Shown piece after piece: positions 9,835 to 19,427 of a stretch of DNA of 64,000 nucleotides (within the stretch, counting starts at the first letter, position 1; every line of letters starts with the position of its first letter). Location of the stretch: NCBI GenBank assembly GCA_963813815.1, contig CAWFAD010000012.1:32001-96000 (forward strand), in the 5' to 3' direction. The position numbers were made by a program, and so were the translations under genes. This DNA comes from an uncultured bacterium (lineage in GTDB: Bacteria; Krumholzibacteriota; Krumholzibacteriia; Krumholzibacteriales; Krumholzibacteriaceae). The notes under the pieces are model-generated. The model had not been told where the DNA came from, made no database searches, and worked only from the letters and a program-made list of their open reading frames with translations.

Positions 9835-11046
9835 CTACCTTCTCCGTCTCTTCAAACGGTTCACCGGACGCGGATAGCGCCCGAAATCCGGCTTTTTCTG
9901 CGCCTCTTTCGGTTCCGGCATGTCGACCGAGATGCCGGGGTGCCTCGAAACCGGAATCGCGGAGCGTATGAAGCGCTCGATCGCCTCCACGTCCTTCCGT
10001 TGATCCGGGGTCGCGAGCGTGATCGCGTGCCCCTTCACGCCCGCGCGCCCCGTGCGGCCGATGCGGTGCACGTAGTTCCCGGTGTCGTCGGGGAGGTCGT
10101 AGTTGACGACGAGCTCGATCGCCTTGACGTCGATGCCGCGCGAGGCGATGTCGGTAGCCACGAGAATGCGGCATTCCCCCGTCTTGAATCTGCGTAGAGC
10201 GTCCTTGCGTTGCCCCTGCGTGCGGTCGGCGTGGATCTCCCCCGCGGCGTGCCCCCTACCGCGCAGCAGTCTCGCCACCCGGCTCGCGGAGCGTTTCGTG
10301 CGCACGAAGATGAGCACGGAGCCGCCGTACTGACCGAGGAGCTGGCTCAGGAGCTCCGCCTTCATATCCTTCAGGACGAAGAATATCTCCTGCGTCACGA
10401 GCTCCGCCGCCGTGCCCGACGGTGCGATCTCGGTGCGCACCGGCAGGTGCATGTACTTCGACGCGATCCCGAGAATATCCGACTCCATGGTGGCGGAAAA
10501 GAGCATCGTCTGCCGCTGCTTCGGAATCAGCCTGATGATGCGCTCGATCTGCGGCAGAAAGCCCATGTCGAGCATCCGGTCCGCCTCGTCGAGAACGAGA
10601 ATCGTAACGTCCCTGAGCCTCAATCCGCGCTGCTCGATGTGGTCGTTCAGCCGCCCGGGGGTGGCGACGATGATCTGCGGGCGATCCTTGAGCGCCCTGA
10701 TCTGCTGCGGCATCGACTCGCCGCCGATCACGACCGCGATCCGAAGCTTGAAGGCCCGGACGAACCTCGTGAGGTCCTCGCTCACTTGCAGCGCGAGCTC
10801 GCGCGTCGGGACGAGCACGAGCCCCCTGCCCTTGCCTTGCGCGAGGCGCTGAACCATGGGAATACCGAAGGCGAGCGTCTTCCCCGTCCCCGTCTGGGCG
10901 ACTCCGATGACGTCCTTGCCCTCGATCGCGATCGGAATCGCCTTGGCCTGGATGAGCGTCGGAACGGTGAACTCGAGCGCGTCGAGCACGGCGAGGAGCC
11001 CCGGCGCGATGCCGAGCCCGAAAAAGTTTTCCTGTGTCTGATTCAT
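9835..11046 (-). CDS. DEAD-box ATP-dependent RNA helicase (RhlE-like)
   Basis: AQTGTGKT, PTRELA, TPGRL, DEAD, SAT, HRIGRTGR. Confidence 0.95.
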   Translation of the reverse strand: MNQTQENFFGLGIAPGLLAVLDALEFTVPTLIQAKAIPIAIEGKDVIGVAQTGTGKTLAFGIPMVQRLAQGKGRGLVLVPTRELALQVSEDLTRFVRAFKLRIAVVIGGESMPQQIRALKDRPQIIVATPGRLNDHIEQRGLRLRDVTILVLDEADRMLDMGFLPQIERIIRLIPKQRQTMLFSATMESDILGIASKYMHLPVRTEIAPSGTAAELVTQEIFFVLKDMKAELLSQLLGQYGGSVLIFVRTKRSASRVARLLRGRGHAAGEIHADRTQGQRKDALRRFKTGECRILVATDIASRGIDVKAIELVVNYDLPDDTGNYVHRIGRTGRAGVKGHAITLATPDQRKDVEAIERFIRSAIPVSRHPGISVDMPEPKEAQKKPDFGRYPRPVNRLKRRRR

Positions 11047-11110
11047 GAAACGATTCTGTCCTTTCCGCCCGAACCGAAGCGGCCGCGGCACGACGCCGCC
11101 GCGGCGGGGT

Positions 11111-11494
11111 TCAAGCAAACGCGCGCCAGCCGGCGAATCCCGCCGCCGCGAGGAGCGCGAGCCATAGAGCGACGATGACCGCCGCGGCCTTTTTGTTGCG
11201 GGGCAGGCCGTTCGCGAGCTCGGCGGAGGCCTGCTCGCGGCATTCCCGCCACACATCCCCGGGAATCGTCCTCAGCGCGAGCGCCACGCCGAGGGGAACG
11301 ATCAGCAGGTCGTCGAGCGCGCCGAGGATCGGAATGAAATCCGGAATGAGATCGACGGGGCTCAGCAGGTAGGCGACGACTCCCGCTATGATGATTTTCG
11401 AGACGCGCGGCACCCGCGGATGGCGCGAGGCGACGTACAGGGCGTACACGTCCCGGTTCATCCGCTCCGCGCGATTCTTCCAACGTTCGAACAT
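11111..11494 (-). CDS. YkvA/DUF1232 family membrane protein
   Basis: YLLSPVDLIPDFIPILGALDD signature. Confidence 0.9.
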   Translation of the reverse strand: MFERWKNRAERMNRDVYALYVASRHPRVPRVSKIIIAGVVAYLLSPVDLIPDFIPILGALDDLLIVPLGVALALRTIPGDVWRECREQASAELANGLPRNKKAAAVIVALWLALLAAAGFAGWRAFA

Positions 11495-11543
11495 GCCGAG
11501 TCTCCGGCCGCCCCGGCGCGGAGAAACGCCGGCCGCAGGAGCC

Positions 11544-12116
11544 CTAGAGCGGGCTGTTGAGCGCCTCGTTCGCGGCGCGGTCGGCCTCGCGGTTCTCCTC
11601 GCGAGGAATCTGCTGAAAACCATACTTCTCGAACCCGCCGACCGCCCGGCGGACCTCCTCGCCGAGGCGCTGCAATTCCGGATTCTTGATCCGGTAGACG
11701 CCGAGGAGCTGGCGGTACACGAGCTCGCTGTCGAGCCGGATCGTCACCTCGCTCGCTCCGAGCTCGCGCGCGACGGCGAGCCCCTCGATCACCGCGCGGT
11801 ACTCGGCGACGTTGTTCGTCGCCTCGCCGATCTTTTTCCCCCGCGAGTAGAGCTCGTCTCCCTCCGCCGTGTACACGGCCGCGCCGACCGCCGCCGGACC
11901 GGGATTTCCGCGGGACGCGCCGTCGACGTAGACGACGACGGAGAGCCCTCCGCGCCGCTCGGCCCCATCCTCCCCCCTCGCCGCCCCGACGGAGCGGGCG
12001 AGCTCGAGCAGGGCGCCCGCGGCCTCTTCCGCCGACGCGAACCCCGCCTCCCGCCAGCAATCGTTCAATCCGCCGCCGGCGGCGAAGAGCTTCAGCAATC
12101 GGACGAGTTTATCCAT
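11544..12116 (-). CDS. rnhA: Ribonuclease HI with N-terminal extension
   Basis: YVDGASRGNPG, TNNVAEY, DSELV, PREENREADRAAN. Confidence 0.9.
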   Translation of the reverse strand: MDKLVRLLKLFAAGGGLNDCWREAGFASAEEAAGALLELARSVGAARGEDGAERRGGLSVVVYVDGASRGNPGPAAVGAAVYTAEGDELYSRGKKIGEATNNVAEYRAVIEGLAVARELGASEVTIRLDSELVYRQLLGVYRIKNPELQRLGEEVRRAVGGFEKYGFQQIPREENREADRAANEALNSPL

Positions 12117-12160
12117 AGGACTCGGCGGCGCGCCTCCGCGCCCGTTTTCCGGCGCGCGGC

Positions 12161-12883
12161 CTACGCGCGCTCCTCGAAATAGACGAGGATCCTGCCGCAG
12201 GTCTCGCACGCCATGATCTCGTTGTTCCGTCTCACCTCGTGCGCGGTCTGCGGCGGCACGCGCGAGTAGCATCCCTGGCAGATGTCCGCCACGATATTGG
12301 CGACTCCCGAATCCCCCTTCGCCCTGAGGATGCGCTCGTAGAGCCGGCGGATCTCGGGCGAAAGATGCGGGAGGATCCGCAGCTTTTCGTCCTCGATGAT
12401 CTTGAGAGAATCTTCCGCTTCCTTCTGCCGCGCGACGAGTTGTTCCTTCTCCTGGACAAGCGCGCTCTTCCCTCGATCGATGCGTTCCTGGATCGCCTTC
12501 AACGATTTCCTGTGCGCCTCGGTCTCGTCGAGAATGACGAGAATCCGCTCCTCCCCCTTGTCGATTTGGGTGCCGAGGTACTGCATCTCCGCGAGAAGCG
12601 CCTGGAACTCCTTGTTCGATCCGACCTGGCGCTGTTCGGCGCGCTTGTGCTCGAGCTCGGCCTTCTGGCTATCGATGAGGCTCGTGATGTGGCTCTTCTC
12701 CCGCTCGAGCCTCTCGATGTGCTTGCTCTCCTCGACGAGATCCTCGTCCATGCGGCTGATCTCCTTGTCGATCACCCTGACGCGGCCGGGAACGCCGTCG
12801 GAGAGCTTGCGCAGATCCCTGATTTCCCTGTCCTTCTGAACGATCCGAATGAGATGCTGAATATCCTCCTCGACCGTCGGCAT
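12161..12883 (-). CDS. Coiled-coil protein with C4 zinc ribbon (CT398/HP0958-like)
   Basis: Long coiled coil then CQGC...CETCGRIL; conserved adjacency to RNase H. Confidence 0.9.
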   Translation of the reverse strand: MPTVEEDIQHLIRIVQKDREIRDLRKLSDGVPGRVRVIDKEISRMDEDLVEESKHIERLEREKSHITSLIDSQKAELEHKRAEQRQVGSNKEFQALLAEMQYLGTQIDKGEERILVILDETEAHRKSLKAIQERIDRGKSALVQEKEQLVARQKEAEDSLKIIEDEKLRILPHLSPEIRRLYERILRAKGDSGVANIVADICQGCYSRVPPQTAHEVRRNNEIMACETCGRILVYFEERA

Positions 12884-12902
12884 GCCCCTTCCTTTCCTTC
12901 CT

Positions 12903-12935
12903 AAAAAAAGAATGCTTCCCGGGGGGAAGCATTCT
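12903..12935 (-). terminator. Intrinsic terminator just upstream of the zinc-ribbon gene RBS
   Basis: Minus strand AGAATGCTTCCC-loop-GGGAAGCATTCT followed by a T run. Confidence 0.8.
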
Positions 12936-13054
12936 GGAGATTCCGTCGCGAGGAACCGCCCGTCGTGCGACCGGGTCCTCGATCCCTACCTCTACAGGCG
13001 TCGTTTCGAGCCATACGTCCCTCGGCGAAAGATCCTTTCATCCGTTCCAGAGAA
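12903..13054 (-). ncRNA. Candidate structured leader RNA or sRNA (family not recognised)
   Basis: Promoter TTGACT-18-TACCCT (13090-13061), several hairpins, a closing helix and a terminator; see findings. Confidence 0.5.
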
Positions 13055-13121
13055 GGGAATAGGGTATACGAGGAGTCGAGGGGCAGTCAAGATGTTTCTG
13101 AGAGATGTCTATAGCCCGGAA

Positions 13122-14297
13122 TCAGTCTCCGGCGATCTCCGTCTCGCTCGCGAAAGGCGTGTAGTCGAAGAGAAACTCGCGCACCTTCCAGCTCGCGCCG
13201 CCGTCCGCGGTGACGAGAAGGAGGGAGCGCTTGTAGATCATGTCCCCCACGATCTCGTCGGCCCCGCGCCCGACGACCCAGCCATCCAGCGCGCCGGAGA
13301 AGCAGATTCCGCGGAGGTCGACGATGCGGTCGTCTGGAGGCGTGATGTTCACCCACGTGGCGCCGCCGTCCTGCGTTCGAAGAATCGTCCTGCCTCCCGC
13401 CGCGAAACCGCGGGAGGAATCGAGAAAGAAAAACTCGCGCACGGTCGCCGAAGGCACCTGCGTCATCCAGCTCGCGCCTCCGTCCACGGTCTTCATGATG
13501 ACCCCGCCGCCCGCCCATCCCGTCAGATCGTCGGCGAACCATATGGTCATTACGGTGCGGAGCACGGACGCCCGCGATCCCTCGACGGGCTCCCATTCCT
13601 CGCCGCCGTTCCCCGTGCGATAGAGAAAAACCGGATCGCTCTCGAGATAGCGGCCTCCGAGGAGATACGCGGTGCGATCGTCCACGAAGCTCACGTCGAG
13701 CGCTGCCCGGTCGGGCGCCTCCTCCAGCCAGTCGTTCCGCCAGCTCGCGCCGGCGTCGCCCGTGCGGTAGAGGCCGCGATAGCCGAGCAGGTAACCGATG
13801 CTTTGGCCGAAAAACTGCACCTTGTAGAAATCCTCGTCCGGCGGGCAGCCCTCACAATCGTTCTTCGTCCAGCTCCCGCCACCGTCGAGCGTTGAATGGA
13901 GCGAGCCGTCCTTCCCCGCCACCCATCCCAGCGATCGATCGATGAAGTACACGTCGTTCAGATTTCCCGCCTCGAGCGTCGAGCCGCTCCAGGTCTCGGC
14001 GCAGTCGACCGTCGTCATGAGCGTGCCGAGGTTTCCGGAGACACAGCCGAACTGGCGATCCACGGCGAAGACGTCGCTCGCCGCGCAGATGGTGTTGTCC
14101 GGAACCGGCCCGGGGGGTTCGGGAGACACGACGGCGTCCCTTGAGCACGAGTGGATCTCGAAATAGATGAACGCGATGATGGCGAGCGCCAGAGCGGCGC
14201 TCCTCGCGAGTTGCAATTTTCCACGCCTGTTGCAATTCGGCGATGAGCTGTTGACGTCACCCATTTCAGCTGCGCTCCAGATGTTAATGTAACCCAT
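13122..14297 (-). CDS. YCF48/BNR-repeat beta-propeller protein, probably exported
   Basis: Repeated xTxDGGxSW Asp-box motifs (STLDGGGSW, KTVDGGASW, RTQDGGATW); hydrophobic N-region ending HSC; true start may be downstream. Confidence 0.8.
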   Translation of the reverse strand: MGYINIWSAAEMGDVNSSSPNCNRRGKLQLARSAALALAIIAFIYFEIHSCSRDAVVSPEPPGPVPDNTICAASDVFAVDRQFGCVSGNLGTLMTTVDCAETWSGSTLEAGNLNDVYFIDRSLGWVAGKDGSLHSTLDGGGSWTKNDCEGCPPDEDFYKVQFFGQSIGYLLGYRGLYRTGDAGASWRNDWLEEAPDRAALDVSFVDDRTAYLLGGRYLESDPVFLYRTGNGGEEWEPVEGSRASVLRTVMTIWFADDLTGWAGGGVIMKTVDGGASWMTQVPSATVREFFFLDSSRGFAAGGRTILRTQDGGATWVNITPPDDRIVDLRGICFSGALDGWVVGRGADEIVGDMIYKRSLLLVTADGGASWKVREFLFDYTPFASETEIAGD

Positions 14298-14412
14298 CTA
14301 TTAGCAAAGGATTACGGATATTCCTCAACGGCGGCCGCCCGCGTCGTCCGTCTTCGATGCCGGACGCAAGGACCCAGCGCAAGCATCGCGCCCATCCGAC
14401 TCAGGACCATTC

Positions 14413-14880
14413 CTAGCGCAGCTTGAGCTCCATGAATATTGGATGCTCGAGAGGATTGCGGCGATAACGCTTGCACGGAACGAATCCGAGCGAGCGGTAG
14501 AGCGCGTTCGCCTCCGTCATCGACTCCAGCGTGTCGAGACACATCCGCTCGTACCCGGCGGCCGTCGCGAACGCCACCGCCTCGAGCGCGAGGGATCGGC
14601 CGATGCCGCGGCCGCGACAGGCGGGTTTCACGTAGAGGCGCTTCATTTCGCAGACGCCCTCCCCGAAGGGACGCACGCCGATGCAGCCGCAGGTCTCGCC
14701 GCCGGAGAAAGCCGCGACGATCGTCCCGAGCGGCGGCGCGTAGCAACCGGGAAGCGAGGCGAGCTCCTCGTCGAAGTTCTGGAAGCAGAGGTTGAAACCG
14801 AGCGAGGCGCCGTACTCCTCGAAGAGCGCCCGCACTCGCGGCATGTCGGCGCTTTCGCAAAGGTGTCGAAGCTCGATCAT
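14413..14880 (-). CDS. GNAT-family N-acetyltransferase
   Basis: LCFQNFDEEL, CEMKRLYV, RGRGIG, LDTL, LYRSLGF. Confidence 0.92.
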   Translation of the reverse strand: MIELRHLCESADMPRVRALFEEYGASLGFNLCFQNFDEELASLPGCYAPPLGTIVAAFSGGETCGCIGVRPFGEGVCEMKRLYVKPACRGRGIGRSLALEAVAFATAAGYERMCLDTLESMTEANALYRSLGFVPCKRYRRNPLEHPIFMELKLR

Positions 14881-14892
14881 CGCGCCCCTTTC

Positions 14893-14931
14893 AAAAAGAC
14901 GGGCGCGAGCGTCGTCGACGCCCGCGCCCGC
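14893..14931 (-). terminator. Intrinsic terminator after the porin gene
   Basis: CGGGCGCG...CGCGCCCG hairpin followed by TCTTTTT on the minus strand. Confidence 0.65.
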
Positions 14932-14957
14932 AAGAAAACGAATCGGCCGGCAAGACT

Positions 14958-15581
14958 CTAGAACGCGAAGCCGTAGCCGACGAGGATCGAGACGACGCTG
15001 TTCTTCACGTCGACCTCATCGACGCCCTCGGCGGGTTCGTCGATCGTCGTCATGCCGACTTCATAGCGAACCTCGGCGCAGAGCATGCCCTTTTCCATCT
15101 GATAGCCGAGACCGGCGCCGGCGATGATGCCGATGTCGGTGCTCTTCGTAACGTCCTTCATGTCCGCGCTATAGTCCCCGACCTCCACATCCGCCGACAT
15201 GAGAATGCCGAGAGCCGGGCCGGCGTAGAGATTCGGCTTGATCTTGCCTTCGGTCGGCAGATTGACCTTGAAGAGGAGCGGAATCTCGAAGTAGTTGACC
15301 TTGTACGAACCATCGACATCGCCTTCCGTGAACTCCGCGCCCTTCATCGAGAAGAGGAGCTCGGGCTGAATCGCGAAGATGTCGGTGAGCTTGTAGCACA
15401 TGAAGACGCCGCCGGCCATTCCGATCTTCATGGAGGTGTCTTCGACGTCCTCGCCGGAGAGATTCGCAAGGTTGAGGCCGCCCTTGACGCCGAACATCAT
15501 TTTGCCGTCCTGCGCGAAAAGCGGCGAGGAGAACGCGACGAGCGCCGCGAGCGCCACGATTGCCAACGTATACTTCTTCAT
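14958..15581 (-). CDS. Outer-membrane beta-barrel protein (PorT/porin family)
   Basis: Signal peptide MKKYTLAIVALA...A-Q, FGVKGGLNLANL, IQPELLFSMKG, YFEIPLL, C-terminal GYGFAF. Confidence 0.85.
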   Translation of the reverse strand: MKKYTLAIVALAALVAFSSPLFAQDGKMMFGVKGGLNLANLSGEDVEDTSMKIGMAGGVFMCYKLTDIFAIQPELLFSMKGAEFTEGDVDGSYKVNYFEIPLLFKVNLPTEGKIKPNLYAGPALGILMSADVEVGDYSADMKDVTKSTDIGIIAGAGLGYQMEKGMLCAEVRYEVGMTTIDEPAEGVDEVDVKNSVVSILVGYGFAF

Positions 15582-15802
15582 TTCTCGAACCTCCGTCTTT
15601 GATTGAGATTGCTGTTGCATCCGCCGTTCATATCTACGCGAGGCATCGCTCGTTCAGATCGATTCACCTCCTCGCGGGACGTGCCTCGAGAGCGCGCGCG
15701 ATATTTCGCACACATATACAACCATACGCACCGGTCGTGCAAATGTTTTTTACAATTTCGGCCCGCGGCGTTCCCGCCCGCGGGCCGTTTCACCATGATG
15801 CT

Positions 15803-15877
15803 TGGTGGGCCCACCAGGGTTCGAACCTGGGACCGACCGGTTATGAGCCGGGAGCTCTACCACTGAGCTATGGGCCC
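15803..15877 (-). tRNA. tRNA with CAU anticodon (most likely lysidine-modified tRNA-Ile2)
   Basis: GGGCCCATAGCTCAGTGGTAGAGC...CTCATAA...GGTTCGAACC...GGGCCCACCA cloverleaf with encoded CCA; follows rpoD. Confidence 0.93.
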
Positions 15878-15883
15878 GAGAGA

Positions 15884-17635
15884 TCAGTAATCGATGTACC
15901 CTTTGAGCTTTCGGCTGCGGCTCGGATGCATGAGCTTGCGGAGCGCCTTCGCCTCGATCTGCCGCACGCGCTCGCGCGTCACGTTGAAGATCGTGCCGAC
16001 CTCCTCGAGGGTGCGGGGCGTTCCGTCGCCGAGGCCGAAACGAAGGCGCACGACCTTCTCCTCGCGCTTCGTGAGCGTCGCGAGCACGCGAGAGACCTGA
16101 TCGCGGAGCATCGCGTGCGCCGCCGACTGGTCCGGCGCGGAGGCGGAGGTGTCCTCGATGAAATCGCTCAGGTTGCTGTCGTCGTCCTCGCCGATCGGGC
16201 GGTCGAGCGAAATCGGTTCGATGCTCGCCTTCATGACGCTCTTCACCTTGCCCACCGGATAGTTGAGCTTGCGCGCGACTTCCTCCGGCGTCGGCTCCCG
16301 CCCGAACTCCTGCACGAGCTTTCGCTGCGTGCGCGACACTTTGTTGATCGCCTCGATCATGTGGACCGGCACGCGGATCGTGCGCGCCTGATCGGCGATC
16401 GCGCGCGTGATGGCCTGGCGGATCCACCAGGTGGCGTACGTGCTGAACTTATACCCCTTGCGGTAATCGAACTTGTCGACCGCCCGCATGAGCCCGCTGT
16501 TCCCCTCCTGAATGAGATCGAGGAACTCGAGGCCCCGGTTCGTGTAGCGCTTGGCGATGGAGATGACGAGTCGCACGTTCGCCTCGATCATCTCCTGCTT
16601 CGCCTTCTGCGATCCCCGCTCTCCGTCGCGGATATCCTGGACGATGCGCCGGAGATCCTCGTACTTGATGTTCTCCTTGCTCTCGATCTGGCGCATGCCC
16701 CGCTCGAGCTCGCGGAATCGCTCGTGAAAACCCTTGAGCTCGCCGGGCGACCACTTGATCTTCCTCTTGAGCGCCGCCTTGTCCTTAGCGTTTCCCCGCT
16801 GGAGCGTTTTAATGGCGGGTTCGATGTCGTCGCGCTTCACCCCGATGAACTTCTCGTATTCGTTCATCTGCTTCTTGAAATGCTCGGCGCGCTTGAGGAC
16901 GTCCTTGATCTTTTCGACGAGCCGCTCGAGCTGGAGCGGGTTGAGCTTGATCTTGCGGTACTCGTCCTGAAGCTTCTTGTTGCGCGCATCGCACTGCCGC
17001 TGCGCCTGCGTCGCCGCGGCCGCGGGGATTTTCTTTCGAAGCTTCGTCTCGAGCACCACGATCTCTTCGCGGAGCTTGATGACGCGCTTGAGTATGCCGA
17101 CGTACTTCTTGAGCTCCTTGCGGCCCGAAAGATGCGGATGCAGCCCGCCCGTCTCGACCTGCACGAGATCCTCGAGGCGCATCGTGCCCTTCTCGAGACG
17201 CTCGACGTAGCGCCGGAGCTCGCGGGTGGTGGCGTTCAGCTTGAACACCGCCTGAAAAACCTTGAGGTGCCCGTTTTCGATGCGTTTGGCGATCTCGATC
17301 TCGCCCTCGCGGTTCAGCAGAGGCACCTTGCCCATCTCGCGCAGGTACATCCGCACCGGATCGTCGAACCGCACGCCCGTCGTGAGAATGTCCTCCGATT
17401 TCTTCGCTTCCTTCTGCTCGCGCTTCTTGCGCGCCTCGATCTTGAGGATCGCCTTCTCGCGCGTGTCGAAAAACTCTATATTCTCGTCGCTCAGACGGTC
17501 GTACAGCTCGATGATGTCGTCCGGGTCGAATCCCTCCCCGACGAGCCCCTCGATCTCCTCGTTCAGGACGTAGCCCTTTTCGCCGGAGAGCTTCTTGATG
17601 CCGAGCAGAATTTCGTCGATCCGATCGAGATCCAT
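15884..17635 (-). CDS. rpoD: Primary RNA polymerase sigma factor RpoD
   Basis: [51 protein letters not shown]...[14 protein letters not shown]. Confidence 0.98.
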   Translation of the reverse strand: MDLDRIDEILLGIKKLSGEKGYVLNEEIEGLVGEGFDPDDIIELYDRLSDENIEFFDTREKAILKIEARKKREQKEAKKSEDILTTGVRFDDPVRMYLREMGKVPLLNREGEIEIAKRIENGHLKVFQAVFKLNATTRELRRYVERLEKGTMRLEDLVQVETGGLHPHLSGRKELKKYVGILKRVIKLREEIVVLETKLRKKIPAAAATQAQRQCDARNKKLQDEYRKIKLNPLQLERLVEKIKDVLKRAEHFKKQMNEYEKFIGVKRDDIEPAIKTLQRGNAKDKAALKRKIKWSPGELKGFHERFRELERGMRQIESKENIKYEDLRRIVQDIRDGERGSQKAKQEMIEANVRLVISIAKRYTNRGLEFLDLIQEGNSGLMRAVDKFDYRKGYKFSTYATWWIRQAITRAIADQARTIRVPVHMIEAINKVSRTQRKLVQEFGREPTPEEVARKLNYPVGKVKSVMKASIEPISLDRPIGEDDDSNLSDFIEDTSASAPDQSAAHAMLRDQVSRVLATLTKREEKVVRLRFGLGDGTPRTLEEVGTIFNVTRERVRQIEAKALRKLMHPSRSRKLKGYIDY

Positions 17636-19419
17636 CAGTTCGAATCTCCTCCCTCGCTTTTGAGCACCCTCAGCCGCCGCGAAAGGTCTTCGTACGCCTT
17701 GGTGAGGGCGCGCATCTCCACGTTCGCCTCGGGAGTGCCGGAGGCTTCGAGGGCGCGCACCCGCTCTTTCATCTTCTCGAGATCTTCCTTGAGCGCTTCT
17801 TTTCTGAGCCACACGATCGAGTCTTTGAGAAATTCCTCGTGGGGACCCGGCGGAAGCTCCCAGAGCGCGATCTCCGAGGCGAGCTTCGCGAGCTCCGCGT
17901 CCTCGATCCCCGCTATGAACGCCGAGCCCCGGACGTCGACTCCTTCCCGCACCGCCGCGTCGAGCGCGGCGAGATAGTCCATGAAGAGCGTTCCCTCGAG
18001 ATCGCTCACGGCGAGCCTCTCCACGATCATGCGCGAGAAGCGCTCGTCCTCGAGGCCGAGCCTGAAAAGCGTCTTCTGTATCTCCTGCCGTCTGCTCTGC
18101 CGCGCGGGAACGGCCGCTGGAACGGCCGGAGCGCTCTCCCTGCGACCCTTCGCCGAGAGCCCCGTGCGAAGGGTTTCGACCGGGACCTCAAAAAGGCCCG
18201 CGATCTCCTGGAGGAGCAGCTCGCGCCTCACGCTGTCCGTCACGGACGAAACGGCCTCGAGCAGGTGTCCTATGACCCGGCCTTTGCGGTACGTCGTCCG
18301 TTCGCCGCTCAGGGCCTCCTGCTTGAGAAAGGCAAAATAAGGAGGAGCAGAACGCATGAGTGCCCGCAATTCGTCTGCTCCCTTTTTCCTTACGTAGCTA
18401 TCAGGATCTTCGCCCTCGGGAAGCGCCACGACGCTGGATTCGAGCCCGACGACGAGAAGCTCGTCGGCGGCCCTCACCGACGCCCTCATTCCGGCCTGGT
18501 CTCCATCATTGATAATATATACACGATTCGCATATCGTGCAAGCAAGCGACCCTGATCTCGCGTAAAAGATGTCCCACATACGGCACAGACATTGCGGAA
18601 ACCATTCTTCCACAACATCAAATAATCCATGTAACCTTCTACAATTACAGCAGATGAAGATTGTCGAATAGCGTCTTTCGAATGATTGAGGCCGTAAAGT
18701 ATTTTCCCCTTGTAATATATGGGACTCTCGGCCGTGTTGAGGTATTTCGGCTCCGAGCTGTCGAGCACCCTTCCGGCGAGCCCGATATACCGGTCCGAAA
18801 GCGCTTCTATGGGAAAAATAACCCGGTTTCTGAAGTAATCCCGGTAACCGCTCCCGCCGCGGCTCTTCACGATGAGCGAGAGGTCGAGCAGAATCTCCCG
18901 GGGGATACCGGCCTCCATCGCCGCCCGGTAGAGGCCGTCCCAGCTCGAGGGCGCGCACCCGAGGGTGAACTCCTCCTGCTCGCCGGCGCCGATCTCGCGC
19001 CGGGCGAGATAGTCCCTGGCGGGTTGAGCCTCCTTCGACTCGATCAGGGCCTTCCGGTAGAAGCGCGCGGCGAACTCCATGGCGCGGTAGTACGGCTCGA
19101 GCTTTTCCTTCCTGTCCCCCCCGGTCGAGTACTTGTCCACGTCGACGCCGAGCGAGCGGCCGAGCTTTTCCACCGCCTCGATGAAGCCGATCCCCTCGTA
19201 CTCCATCAGGAACCGAAAAACGTTCCCGCCCTTGCCGCAGCCGAAGCAGTGGTAGATCTGCTTCTCGGGGTGCACCATGAAGCTCGGCGTCTTCTCCCCG
19301 TGGAAGGGGCACAGCGCCTTGAAATTGCGCCCCGCCCTCTTGAGGTCGAGAAACTGGCCGATGAGCTGCACGATGTCGGTGCGCTCGCGGATATCGTCTA
19401 TGACGCTCTGCGGAATCAT
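17635..19419 (-). CDS. dnaG: DNA primase
   Basis: [15 protein letters not shown] zinc finger, [24 protein letters not shown]; start at MIPQSVID. Confidence 0.97.
   Translation of the reverse strand: MIPQSVIDDIRERTDIVQLIGQFLDLKRAGRNFKALCPFHGEKTPSFMVHPEKQIYHCFGCGKGGNVFRFLMEYEGIGFIEAVEKLGRSLGVDVDKYSTGGDRKEKLEPYYRAMEFAARFYRKALIESKEAQPARDYLARREIGAGEQEEFTLGCAPSSWDGLYRAAMEAGIPREILLDLSLIVKSRGGSGYRDYFRNRVIFPIEALSDRYIGLAGRVLDSSEPKYLNTAESPIYYKGKILYGLNHSKDAIRQSSSAVIVEGYMDYLMLWKNGFRNVCAVCGTSFTRDQGRLLARYANRVYIINDGDQAGMRASVRAADELLVVGLESSVVALPEGEDPDSYVRKKGADELRALMRSAPPYFAFLKQEALSGERTTYRKGRVIGHLLEAVSSVTDSVRRELLLQEIAGLFEVPVETLRTGLSAKGRRESAPAVPAAVPARQSRRQEIQKTLFRLGLEDERFSRMIVERLAVSDLEGTLFMDYLAALDAAVREGVDVRGSAFIAGIEDAELAKLASEIALWELPPGPHEEFLKDSIVWLRKEALKEDLEKMKERVRALEASGTPEANVEMRALTKAYEDLSRRLRVLKSEGGDSN
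18514..18542 (-). promoter_or_regulatory. Candidate internal promoter inside dnaG (for rpoD)
   Basis: TTGCAC-17-TATATT within an AT-rich patch; same -10 hexamer as other promoters in this window. Confidence 0.5.
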
Positions 19420-19427
19420 ACGCTCCG

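Noticed and set aside
13100..15802. Genomic islet integrated at the tRNA(CAU) 3' end
   Set aside because: No duplicated tRNA 3' end, no integrase, and composition matches the host.
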